Shown: piece after piece, positions 43,854-55,030 of the stretch
Position numbering within the stretch: position 1 is the stretch's first letter
Layout of the letters: every line of letters starts with the position of its first letter
Origin: Thecamonas trahens ATCC 50062
Lineage: Eukaryota > Protista > Apusomonadida
Length of the DNA: 64,000 bases
Direction: 5' to 3'
NCBI RefSeq assembly: GCF_000142905.1
Contig: NW_013657649.1
Coordinates: 331,033 to 395,032 of the forward strand
Notes under the pieces: generated by a model
Database searches by the model: none
The model's input: the letters and a program-made list of their open reading frames with translations, nothing else
What the model was told of the DNA's origin: nothing
Program-made: the position numbers and the translations under genes

Positions 43854-44828
43854 GCTGTCCGGCACCGAGTTGTGTGCGTGGGGTTGGGGGCGCGGCCGAG
43901 TCGCTCCTGGCGAAGCAGGCGGCCGCGTTTGAGTCGCGTTTGGGCCCAGGCGTGGTTGGCTGTGAGCTGGCGGCAGAGGGTGATCGGAGTTGGCTTCGGG
44001 GATAGCAGATGGGCAAAGGACGAGATGAGACAGAGTAGAGGCATAGAGAGGGGCGGATGGTGCGTGATGGCTGCAAAAGGGAGGAGGAGGGGGGGGAAGA
44101 GGGGCGGAGAAGAGAGAAAGCGACTGTGCGGAAATTGGAGATCAAAAGGATGTTTTGCCCTGCACTTGTTACACGGGGTGCGACGATGATGCGGATGACC
44201 AAGGTCTCGGAAAGCAGCCCCACCCATAGATGACCATCTGCTTCCATGTTGTACAAAGTGAGGATGCGACGGGTAAAGTATCGCAGCCGTGGGAGACGAT
44301 GCTCTGACTGTGGTCCTCCGCCAGTGCGAGCTGAAATCGCAGCCGGCCAGTCGGTTGCCTCTACCGCGTCAGACTGCTGCCGCAAGTATCGATGCTTGTG
44401 TAATAAGCTCTCTCAACCGAGCCATTCTGCTTGCTGGCCAGTTTCGTCGTTGTAGTGAGCGTGCTCGCCATGCAGATGAGGATCCAGGCCCGGGCGAGCG
44501 GAGACATCGGCCCGACATCGGCCGTGACGCCATCACCCGCATCTCAGCCCGATGAGAGGAGCTACCACAGCGATGACTTGTTCTTCGAGGAGATCAAGAC
44601 GAGAGAAGAGTACACCATGTGCATCATCCGCCCCCTACACCCCACGAGCCCCAGACCTCCCCCTACTCACCCACGGATGCACTGACCTGTCGGCGCAACT
44701 CTGTCGTGCGCGTCATCGATTGAGTTGATGAGCGGAAGCGGCAGCGTCAGCACATCGACTGGCTGAGGCTGGAGTGGATGACCGCGACCGTGGTGATGAG
44801 TATCTCTCTCTCACAAACTATCCTAGCT

Positions 44829-45415
44829 ATGGTATGTGTTTGGTGCGGGAGGAAGCGGGGAGGAGGAGCCAGGAGAGGTCGGTTGGAGGAGGTGGGAGGG
44901 GGGTGGGAGGGGGTGAGGGTGAGTCATTGGCGGGAGGTGCTCACGGACGGGACGGAGTGTGGCCGGCATGTGGTGGACGGGAGCAGTTCCGTCTTGTTTC
45001 TGTGGGTGCTGCGAGTGCTGCTGCGCGGATGGCTGCTGTGGCGATGCCCGTGGGCGTGGGCGCGGCGGCTGGGATGCGGTCGCTGAGCGACGAGGTCAAG
45101 TCCACCATCGAGGAGGAGATCAAGAAGTCCAAGGTTGTGGTCTTTATGAAGGGCATTCCCGAGGCGCCGCGCTGTGGCTTCTCGGCCAACGTCGTTCAGA
45201 TGCTGGATCTGGTTGGTGCCGGTGACTTTCACGCCGTCGACGTCCTCGAGGACGACGACATCCGCGAGGGCGTTAAGGAGTTCTCCGACTGGCCCACCAT
45301 CCCGCAGGTCTACGTCGACGGCGCCTTTATCGGCGGGCGCGACATCGTGTACTCGATGTACCAGTCGGGCGAGTTGAAGACGATGATCGGCGGCGAAGAG
45401 ACTGAGTCTGCATAA
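44829..45415 (+). CDS. GRX5: Mitochondrial monothiol glutaredoxin (Grx5); join(44829..44831,44987..45415)
   Basis: VVFMKG.PEAPRCGFS, WPTIPQVYV, FIGG.D. The intron ATG|GTATGT...GCTCAC...GCAG leaves a presequence-like start MFRLVSVGAASAAAR. Confidence 0.92.
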
Positions 45416-45519
45416 ACAAACAATGCCTCGAGATGGCTGCCCAGCACCCCTTGCCGCGCCCCGCCCCTCCCCCGCGCCGACCCACGTCATTGGGACCAGG
45501 ACCACGACTGGAGTCACTT

Positions 45520-45571
45520 GCCTCCCTCCCTCCCTCCCTCCCTCCCTCCCTCCCTCCCTCCCTCCCTCCCC
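45520..45571. repeat. (CCCT)n microsatellite
   Basis: Directly visible tetranucleotide run. Confidence 0.95.
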
Positions 45572-45583
45572 CCTCCGCCACGG

Positions 45584-46216
45584 ATGGCAAGCGAAGAGTA
45601 CGACGGCCGTGCACTGGCTGCTGCACTGGCTGCAGAGCGCAAAGCCCATGCCGAGCTCCGCGAGTCGTCGCAGGCGCTTGTCACCTCGCTCCTGGCTCGG
45701 GTGGCGGCGGCCGAGGCTGGCGGCAGCGGGCTGGGCAGCGATGGCTTGGTCGGCGATGAGGCGGGTACTGGCAGGAACGAACACGATGCGGCGGCGTTGG
45801 CCGAGCTGGTCGTGGAGCGGACGTATCTGAAGGATGAGGTGGTGCGGCTGCGGGCGGCGGCGCTGGCGGCGGATGCTGATGCAAAGCTGCTGACGGCCCA
45901 GCTGGAGGAGCGGGTTGTTGCGCTTGCACGTGAGAAGGAGGATCTGGCGGCGGCGTCGGGCAAGGCGCTTGCCGCGGCCGCGGCCCGCATCGCCTCCCTC
46001 GAGGCCGCCGCTGCTGTCGCTCCACCAGAGCGCACGGATCTCCACCGCGCCGAGAACTCGATCGACAATCTCGAGGTTGCCCTGGCCAACGCCCTCCGCC
46101 AGCGCGACGAGGCCCGCACCACCGCTGCTGATCTCCATGTTGAGCTCCAGAACACGCGCGCGGCCCTGGCCGAGCAGACCGTCATCCGCGAGCGCCTAGA
46201 GCTGGAGCGTCTGTAA
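45584..46216 (+). CDS. Hypothetical coiled-coil protein
   Basis: A/E/L/R-rich heptad-patterned ORF starting MASEEYDG. Confidence 0.7.
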   Translation: MASEEYDGRALAAALAAERKAHAELRESSQALVTSLLARVAAAEAGGSGLGSDGLVGDEAGTGRNEHDAAALAELVVERTYLKDEVVRLRAAALAADADAKLLTAQLEERVVALAREKEDLAAASGKALAAAAARIASLEAAAAVAPPERTDLHRAENSIDNLEVALANALRQRDEARTTAADLHVELQNTRAALAEQTVIRERLELERL

Positions 46217-46391
46217 TCTCACTCGCCACCCACCTGTGTGGGCTGCGCCAAGCCCAGCGATGTCATCCCCTCTTTACCTATACCCCCCCTATCAAAGTCG
46301 CACCTCATCCCGTCACGTCTCGCCCCCGATGCCGCCCTCCTCCTGCTCCCCGCTGCCGTCACGACCACGGCCGACCACTCCTCGCCAGACG

Positions 46392-47756
46392 ATGAACGCA
46401 CTGAGACTGGCGACTCGGCTGGCGATCAGACCGAGACCACGGATGGGGTGGATGGTGCCGGGCCTGGCTTTGTGGGGCGAACCGCGGGCGTGGGCGTCGA
46501 GCAGCGCAGGCCGGCGGCGGCGGCGTAGCATGACTGTGTCTGAGGCATATGCCGCGTTGGGCGTCCGCCACGGGGCAGCGTGGGACGAGGTCAAAGCCGC
46601 ATACTTTGCCCTCGCCAAGACCCACCACCCGGACGTAGTGGACAAGGAGACTGTGAGCGCCGAGGAAGCCCACGCTACGTTCCTCCGCCTTGGTGAGGCC
46701 TACGCACTGCTCAAGGATGCAGCGGCGGGCGGGCCGGGCGGGCCGGGCGGAGGTGGGCCGGCCAGCTCCTCGAGCGGGAGCGCCGACGCGGGAGAGGCTG
46801 GCGGCTCGGGCCACGCGTGGTGGAATGTGTGGATGCGGCCGGGCGGCGGGCCGGGCGCGCTGCTGGGCAAGGACTCGATCCGGGTCACCAACGATCGGTG
46901 GGAGTCGCACATCCGCGGCTCCAAGCTCGCGTCCAAGCTCGATGCCTGGATCTTTGGCTCGGACGCCAACACGCTCATCGAGGAGCTGGTGCGTGAGCGC
47001 GATCTGGAGGCTGCGCTGGCAGTGTTTGAGCATCTCAAGGCGTCGCCGGACGCGAGTCCGCCGACTCAGTCGACGTACGCCATGCTCATTCGCGGCTGCA
47101 CGCTCAACATGCGGCGGACCGGGCCCGACACCGACAACGAGGCCGACCCGTACACAGCCTCGCTGCTCGAGCTCGCCAAGGATCTGTTCAAGGAAATGCA
47201 GACAGGGCCCAAGTACAAGCCGTACGAGTCAACCATCCACGAGATGATCCGCGCTCACGGTAAGGCCGGCGACTTTGACGGCGCCTGGGAGCTCTTCGAC
47301 AAGCTGCTGTTTGAGAAGTTTGTCCGCCCCACCAACCTCGTCTGCAACTCGATGCTCGAGATCTGCCTCACCACCGGCCACCACGCTGAGGCCCACAAGG
47401 TCTTGCTCATTCTTGACGGCGCCAAGTCGCTGCTCAAGCCGCTGTACAAGCCCGACTCGCGGACGTTTGGCCTTGCTCTTAAGAACTCGGTCGATGGCGG
47501 CTACTTTGCCACTGTCCCCGAGCAGCTGCGCATTCTCGCCTCTAACCACCTGTTCCCAGACCCGCCTACCTCGGAGCGCATCGTTACCGCCGCACTGACT
47601 GCCGGCGACGTCGACGCCGCCGACGCTATCCTCGCCGCCCTCGATGCGACGGGCGCGACTGCGCTCCCGCCGCCTGCCCTCGAGCGGGTTGCAGCCGCCC
47701 GCGCCCTCGCCCTCACCACTGGCTCTGAGGCCGGAGATGAGAAAACGGAGGTGTGA
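46392..47756 (+). CDS. J-domain (DnaJ) plus pentatricopeptide-repeat protein, probably mitochondrial
   Basis: Arg-rich, acid-free N-terminus. J-domain AYAALGV...VKAAYFALAKTHHPD...FLRLGEAYALL. PPR-like units TYAMLIRGC, TIHEMIRAHGKAGDFDGAWELFDKL, VCNSMLEIC, PDSRTFGLAL. Confidence 0.85.
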   Translation: MNALRLATRLAIRPRPRMGWMVPGLALWGEPRAWASSSAGRRRRRSMTVSEAYAALGVRHGAAWDEVKAAYFALAKTHHPDVVDKETVSAEEAHATFLRLGEAYALLKDAAAGGPGGPGGGGPASSSSGSADAGEAGGSGHAWWNVWMRPGGGPGALLGKDSIRVTNDRWESHIRGSKLASKLDAWIFGSDANTLIEELVRERDLEAALAVFEHLKASPDASPPTQSTYAMLIRGCTLNMRRTGPDTDNEADPYTASLLELAKDLFKEMQTGPKYKPYESTIHEMIRAHGKAGDFDGAWELFDKLLFEKFVRPTNLVCNSMLEICLTTGHHAEAHKVLLILDGAKSLLKPLYKPDSRTFGLALKNSVDGGYFATVPEQLRILASNHLFPDPPTSERIVTAALTAGDVDAADAILAALDATGATALPPPALERVAAARALALTTGSEAGDEKTEV

Positions 47757-48100
47757 CCCCAGCCAATCACAATGCTGTTGCTGTTTGCACTCGCTCACGT
47801 CGAGGGTGACATACGTTTAAGGATCTGTCATTCACCTGTGGTTGTTATATACCGCTCCCCAGTTGTAAGTAGAGTCGCCACCGCCCCAACTTCCTCTCCT
47901 ACATTAGCTGCGGCCAGTGGCACAAACATGGGTCGAGAAAGAGAGTTATTCCGTTGTCGCCATAAAGAATTGACTTGAAGATCGTCCGAGCGCTTGGAAG
48001 ACTTGTCATCATCCCCATGTCTGCTACCACCCATTGCCCCCCCCCCCCCTCCCCCCCCATCCCACACCTCGCTTCACGTACACTTGCAAGGGAATCGATA

Positions 48101-49137
48101 TCACTGCTTCTTGCGGCAATCCGGGCAGAACCCTACACACCGACACAACACACACGGTAAGTTTGACCCCAACCCCCCCAACCTCAACCCCATCCCCCAT
48201 TCCCAACGTACAGTCGCCAACAGGCGCAGATGTGAGCCCGACGCAGGCGTAGTGGAACCACTCCAGCTCGCAGTCGCGTTTTCGCAGCCGACCATCTCGC
48301 CATACGAGACGCGGCGGCAGTAGCAGTAAACCGGCTCGTTGGGATCGACAGCGACCCGAGCCTCATTGGCCGGGATGTCGTAGGCCTTGTTAGCCGCCGC
48401 CGGGGCCGGCTTGGGCGCCGGGGCAGCAGTAGCGGCGGCAGCCTCCGACTTGGACGCCGAGCGGCGGCGCTTCTCCGACGTTGCCGACGACTTTTGCCGC
48501 TTGTTGGCCCGCGATGAGTTCTGTGACCGCGACTGTGGCTTGCGCTTGCGGTTGGCGGACGCCCCGTGCACAATGGGGACCTCCAGCTCGGCCTCAAACC
48601 GCGCCAGGTCGTCGTCGAGACGGCGGATGTGCTTGTCGACCAGCTCGTACGTCTGCATAGCAATGTCGACCTTTTCGTCCGAGTACTTGAGACATGACTT
48701 GAGATGCGACAGAATCTTCTCCACCTTGTCCTTGTCCGGCTGCTTCGACGCCTCGTACGCCTTGCGTGCCTCGGGGTGGTACTGCTTCTGGAGCTCGTCG
48801 ATCTCCTCCACAAGCTCGCTCGACCGCGAGTCCAGCTCCCGCATGAGCTTAAAGTTGCGTTCCAAGTCCGACGGCAGCGACGCCACGCCTACACACCACC
48901 CGCACCAAGTGCCAAGCCCATGACACAGCCAATGTCACCGTGAGTCACCACCACACGCCTGCTCTGCTCTGCCAGCCGAAGCGCTGCGGCCCATCCCAAA
49001 AAAATCGGCGCGAGGAACACCGCTGGCGCCAGCACAGCGACCGAGGGACGGGGGGAGAGGGGAGGGGCAGGAAGGGGAAAGGGGGGGGGGGGGGGGGGTT
49101 ACGTACAGCCGAGGTAGTCCTCCAGGTATGAGCCCAT
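48101..49137 (-). CDS. ING: ING-family PHD-finger protein; exons 49137..49107, 48888..48212 (one missing base near 48276), 48132..48101
   Basis: MGSYLEDYLGC-VASLPSDLERNFKLMRELD and EKVDIAMQTYELVDKHIRRLD. Reconstructed PHD: EPVYCYCRRVSYGEMVGCEN.DCELEWFHYACVGL...W-FCPDC. Two GTACGT...GTGTAG introns. Confidence 0.92.
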
Positions 49138-49505
49138 GTTGTTGACGCCCCCGTGTACCAACACCCACGAGAGAGAGAGAGAGAGAGAGAGAGACAGGCG
49201 TGTCTTGGTTGAGCGGGCTCACCAATACATACGATTATCAATTGAGTGCGTCGGACTGTGTGTGAGGGCGGAGGGTCGCATCGGATGGACTCATTCTGTG
49301 TGACTTGTGGCTGCGAGGAGGAGACCGAGTCGCATTGTAGCAGGGCAGAGGGGGGAGGGGGGGGGAAAATGGGCTTGGGGGTGTGAGGTTGTGATGTATG
49401 TGTATGTACGCTATGGAGAGAGAGAGTGTGTGTGGGGAGTATGGGATTGATGATGGTCGTGTCATAAGCATGAGCGTGTGTGTGTGTTTGTGTCTGTGCC
49501 CGCGC

Positions 49506-49507
<2 letters not shown>

Positions 49508-49545
<38 letters not shown>
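49508..49545. repeat. (GT)n microsatellite in the ING/TAF1 divergent intergenic region
   Basis: Directly visible. Confidence 0.95.
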
Positions 49546-49548
<3 letters not shown>

Positions 49549-49789
49549 TGGAGGGCCTCGAGCGGACGCAGCAGACGGCAGGCGAAGCTGAGTTCAGCCC
49601 CGCCCGTAGCTGGTGGTTAGCAAGGTAGCGGGCAACACTTGACGTGGCTTGAGCAGGAGTCGGTGCCCAGCAACGACAACTTCTTCTCTGTAGTCGGTGC
49701 AGTCGGTGTAGTAGAGGGCGTACCGAAACAGAGGTGGGACCATGCCGAGAGTTGGTGTTGACGACGATGTGGTCGCGGCCGCCCGCCGC

Positions 49790-52700
49790 ATGGAGGCGGA
49801 GGACGCCCGCGAGGAGGCTCAGGGCAACAAGTATAAGGCCTCGGGCTTTGTCTTTGGCAACGTCGACAAACGCGGCCATCTCGAGAAGGAGTTCTACGAC
49901 ACTGTACGTCTACTGTTTTAGGGACTTTGAGGGGGGAGGAGGGGGAGGGCGGCAAGGGTGTGAGCCCGACGAGGGAAAGCGAGCGAGTTTGTTGCTCTCG
50001 GCGGGCGGAACTTACCAACTTGCGGTCGCCCGTGTTCCGCGGGAATGGTGTGTCATGGTGTGTAGGATGTGCGGCGTGACCTTGACGAGATGCCTGATGA
50101 CGTGGGCGACGCAGCGGTGGAGACCAAGGCCTCGCTCGGACTGAAGCCTGGACGCGGCGACGGCGCGGCCGGCGCGAGTTCGTCCATGGCGTCGCGGGCG
50201 TCGCGGGCGCCGGCAGAGCTCTCGCTCTCAGCTAGGTCGGCTGCCGAGAGGGCACAGTACAAGGAGGCTGCCCTGGGGCTTGTCCAAGGCAAGGCAGTCG
50301 GCGACGATTCAGACTCGGATGACTTTGACGACGACGATGATGACGACGATGACGACAATCAGAGCAGCGCTCGCGCACAAGGTGGCGCTGACGAAGACGA
50401 CGAAGATTTCGATGATGATGACGAAGACGACGACGAGTCGTCAACGTCAGAGGGCTCGCTCTCGCCAGGTGCGGCCCAGTCGCAGGCCCAGGCCAAAGCG
50501 CAGTCGCGGTCGGCAACGCTAAGCAAGAGTGAGCGGACACTGGAGCAGGTCCAAGCACTGTTCCCCAAGTTTGAGCCGAACCGGATCCTCACCTTTACGG
50601 AGCTGTTTGCGGCACCCGAACCGCCGATTCCGGAGCGGGAGCGCGGGCTGCAGTTCGGCTCGCAGGTCGGGTTCTCGCGGACGCTGCACCCCGAGGTTGC
50701 GCCCGACGAGACGGCGCTGTTTGCGCGGCACCAACCCGGAGTCGAGACCGGGCCCGAGAAGCGCCGGCCGGCGCGCAAGTACAACGTGGCGCCGGAAGCG
50801 CCGCGGATCCCGTCGCCACCACCGCTGCCCGCGCCAGCAGAGAAGGCGTGGGCGGCGCCGCTCGCGGGCAGCAATATCCAGGCCCCTAGCCTTGCGGCGC
50901 CTGCCGCAGCCGACGCGCCGGGCATCGAGCTCGCAGAGTGGGAGTCAGGCGTGCTGTACGACGACGAGGATCTGGCGCGGACGTCGCCGATTCTGGGTGC
51001 GTCTCGAGTCTCGGGCTACTCTCGGCGAGACAACCTGGCGTCGTACTACAATCCCGAAGTGGAGCTCGGAAATTGGGATGCCGCAGTGGTGTACGATGAC
51101 GCGCCCAACGCCGAGCAGCTGGCGGCAACGTCGCTGGTGGTTGACATTAACGACCCGTACATGGTGCTTGGCGAGGCCGGATCCGAGTCGTACTCCGAGT
51201 CGGACTCGGACGACGAAGCGGCAGCGGCAGAAGCGGCAGCGGCAGCGGCAGCAGCGGCAGCGGCGCAGGAAGAAGAGGAGGAAGACGAGGAAGAAGAAGA
51301 AGACGACGACGACGACGAAGTGGAAGAGGGCGCCGAGGGCGATGCACCGCGCAAGCGGCGGCGCAAGCGGCGCGGTAAGGAGTTTGCGCCGCCGACGCAT
51401 CGGGTGACGCGGCGGCGGACCGTGACGGTGGCACATCGCAGAGCCGGTGGGTCGGGCGCATCTGACGCAGACGGGGTGGAAGCAATGCGGGTGGTGACGA
51501 GGCCGCTTCGTGGCTTTAACCTCTCGTACGACCCGTACTACGCGACGGCGATTCGGGCGGACGCGTCGAAGCGCAAGGCGACGCTGCGGACGGTGATCAA
51601 GCACGCCAAGCCGGCGACAGAGCTCCACCCCGCGCTGTACCCAACGCAGCTGACGCCCGAGGGCATGCGGCACTTCCACCGGCCGCGGCTGCTGTTCTTC
51701 AACCCGCGGCACCGCAACTTTACGCTCAACTTGCCCAAGACGCGCAACCGCGACGTGGACATCGACGACGTGGACTACGATCCGGCGGAGCCGTTTGCCA
51801 CTCGGCGCGACCTCTCGCACACCATCGACGAGGGCCACATGATTGCGCTCGAGCACGTGGACGAGATGCCACTGCTGCTGACCGGGGTGGGGATGGCGTC
51901 CGAGGTTGTGTCATACTACCGCAAGCGGAGCAAGGACGACGTGCGGCCGGCCGAGGCGGTGACGGAGCTTGGAGTGCCGCTCTCACTCGACCCGCGCGAG
52001 CCACTGCCGATCTACGGCGGAGCGCTCAAGCGCGGCGAGAGCATGCTCTTGCTGTCGAACAACTTGTTCAAGGCGCCGATTGCCAAGCAGCAGCAGGCGT
52101 ACAAGAACGACTTTCTGGTCATGAGGCCGCGGTCGAAGAAGTTCCGCGGGCGGATGTTCATCCGCGAAATGCCGCAGATGTACTGCATCGGGCAGATCCA
52201 GCCGCAGATCATCATTCCGGGGCCCAACTCGAAGCCATACCTTTCACTGGTCCGCAAGCGGCTCTCGCTCTTTGTGCTCCGGCTGTTCCAGGAGGACAAG
52301 GACCGGATCTTCAAGCTCTCTGACGTGGGCAAGTACTTTCCGCAGCACGCCGAGTCGACGCTCCGCAAGCGGCTCCGCGACGTGGCCAACCTCAAGCGCG
52401 GCGAGGACGGCGACAACTACTGGCACATCCGCGACGACATCCGGAGGCGGTTCCCGGCCGAGGAGCATTTGCTGCAGATGCTGACACCCGAGGAGATCTG
52501 CGTGTACCTGGCCATCGAGCGCGGACAGCAGGTGCTCAAGGACGTCAAGGACGTGTTTGCCGGCACCTCGCGCAACTACTTTGCCGACAACGAGACTAAG
52601 ATTGCGCCGTGGACGCGGACCAAGAACTTTGCCGCGGCGCGCGAGCACCGAGTGTATCTCGACCTCGACGCGAGCGTCGGTGACCCACTCGGCTTCAACG

Positions 52701-54349
52701 CTGGAATTCCGTTTATCAAGTGGTCGAAGAAAATGCCTGCACGCGCGCTGGTGCTCGAGACAGCGAACGTGACAGACCTTCGTAACTCGGAGGTGCGGCT
52801 GTCAAAGCAGAAGATCGCGACGCTGACGGCGTTCCGCAAGTACATGAAGCGCTTAGAGGGCCGGTTCTCGACCCAGGTTGCGCTCATCTCAACGCCAACA
52901 CCGCCCAAGTACGTGCCGCCAAAGAACGTGGAGGACAACGAGTGGGCGGTGTTCCCGGACGAGGTGGTGGAGATTATTGCGCCGCTCGAAGTGTACCACG
53001 CCCGCAAGCGGCACAAGAACCTCGCGGGGCGGTCTGTGGCACGCACGACGGTGCGGCCGACGTCCGAGGCCGAGGCGGCACGCGAGCGTGCGCGTGCGCG
53101 CGAGGCTGCCGAGGACGACGCGGCCGAGGCCGCAGCAGTGGCCAGCCGCGACACGTCGGCCGAGGCTGTGCAGGCGCGGGCTGCAGCGCGGGCGCAGGAG
53201 GCGCGGGCGTCGAGCAAGCAGCGCCGGTACTACATCAAGATCACGACGCCGTCAGGCAAGGTGGTGATGATTAAGGACGGCGCGACGGTGCAGCACTACG
53301 TTTCTCGGAAGAAGGGCAAGCGCGGATCCGAGGTCGGCGAGGAACGATTCCACAACTCGAAGGACGAGGCGGAGAAGGCAGCCAAGCTCAAGGTGATCGA
53401 GAAGCGCAACCGCGAGGCACTGCGGAAGAAGGTCGCCATGGGCCTCGACAACTCGGACACGGTGCTCGGCCAGCGGACTGCGGCAACGATGGTGTGTGGC
53501 GCGTGCGGCAACATCGGCCACATGAAGACCAACCGCAACTGCCCCAAGTACGTCGAGAGCCGCAAGCGGCGACTGGCGCGGCGGTCGGGCAAGGGCGGGC
53601 GCGAAGCCAAGGCCAAGAACCCGATGCTCCTCACGCTCCGTGTCAACGGCGACGATGACGACGGCGAGATCAAGCCGAAGCGGCGGCGTGGGCGTCCGCC
53701 CGCAAAGCGCGGCGGGCGGCCAGCGCAGGCCGGCGCGCGCAAGAAAAAGGTCAAGAAGGAGTTTGACCTCGACGCCGAGAAGAAGAGCAACCGCGGCGGC
53801 CGACGCGGCGGCAAGGACGAGGCTGCACCGCTCAAGGCCATGAACCGTATCTTCAAGTCGATCGCCGACGCCATGAAGTCGCGCGACCAGACGTACCAGA
53901 TTTTCTGGTACCCGGTGACCGACGATGTGGCGCCGGGCTACTCGGCGGCCATTTCGGAGCCGATCTGCCTCACCGAGATCCGCGACAAGGCCAACGCGTG
54001 CGAGTACACCACCCGGGCGCTGTTTGAGCGCGACGTCACCCTGTTGCATATCAACGCCAGCAAGTACAACGGTCCGGTCTCGGACATCACCCAGCTCGCC
54101 TCTGACCTCCGCGAGCTCGCCTTTGCCCGCATCGAAAAGTGCAAGCTCAAGATCGACCGGCTTGAGATCGAGGCCATGCCCTTTGTCCAGGCGCGGCTCG
54201 TCCGGAAGCAGATGGCAGCCATGGCAGCCCAGCAAGCACAGGCGATGGCGCAGGCCGCTGGCTCGGGCTCGGGCTCGGGCTCGGGCTACGGCTCGTACTA
54301 TGACGAGTATGACGACGAGGGAAGCGGCGATATGAGCGAGAGTGAGTAG
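49790..54349 (+). CDS. TAF1: TFIID subunit 1; join(49790..49903,50066..54349)
   Basis: Exon 1 carries the TAND motif GFVFGNVDKRGHLE. Central DUF3591 region (FNLSYDPYY, FHRPR, GMAS...YYRK, NNLFKAPI, GQIQP, IAPWTRT), zinc knuckle CGACGNIGHMKTNRNCP, AT-hook RRGRPP, one bromodomain (FWYPV...APGY...NASKYNG). Confidence 0.93.
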
Positions 54350-54505
54350 TTCGCCACGGTCGCTCATCCTTAAAGTGATGAACACAGTTACATGGGAGTC
54401 TTTTCACTCTCATCAGCAAGCTGGCTGGAGTAGCCGCCGATGAGCAGTTGAATTGGGTTGTCGCTTTGACGCCGTCACTTGACGCGTGAGCAGCGTGCGG
54501 GAGCC

Positions 54506-55030
54506 ATGGCATACCCGAGCGTGCTGGAGAGGTACTACACAGAGAGACAGACCGAGTGCACGACGTATGTTTGCGAGCATGTCAACGGGTTGCGGGTGGT
54601 GCGCTTGGCCGAGAGCCATCCCGCGCTGGCGGCCGGCCCGCCTGCCAGGATCGAGTATGCCAAGCCACTGCTCGACGCCGTCCCACTGCCCGAGGATGGG
54701 AGCGGGGGGGCGGGGCGGTCTGGGCGGCGGAGTCGGAAGGGACGAAAGAAGAAGGGCCAGCAAGGAAGCGTGCCAGAGCGGGACCCGTTTGCGGTGAAGG
54801 CAGGCGGCGTGGTGGCCAAGGTGACCGATGCAACCGGCGTCGAGCACGACGTCGTCCTCGGCGAGGCCGGCTCGGTTCTCGAGATCAACACATGCTTGGC
54901 GAGTGCGCCCCAGCTGCTAGCCGATGTAGCATCTGGTCGCGGCTGGGTGGTAATTCTCACGCCCGGCACCGGTGGTGATCCGACTCGGAAGCGCAAGCAC
55001 TCGGCAGCAGGCGTCGTCGAGGTCGACTGA
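54506..55030 (+). CDS. ABITRAM: ABITRAM / FAM206A (Simiate)-like protein
   Basis: YPSVLERYYT, HVNGLRVVRLAESHPA, SGRRSRKG, GSVLEINTCL, GWVVILTP. Confidence 0.8.
   Translation: MAYPSVLERYYTERQTECTTYVCEHVNGLRVVRLAESHPALAAGPPARIEYAKPLLDAVPLPEDGSGGAGRSGRRSRKGRKKKGQQGSVPERDPFAVKAGGVVAKVTDATGVEHDVVLGEAGSVLEINTCLASAPQLLADVASGRGWVVILTPGTGGDPTRKRKHSAAGVVEVD

Noticed and set aside
43860-44820. Small ORFs between RTF2 and GRX5, and the N-terminal extension of ORF 43030..44385
   Set aside because: No family resemblance; RTF2 starts at the conserved MGGDGG, so this is treated as a divergent intergenic region.
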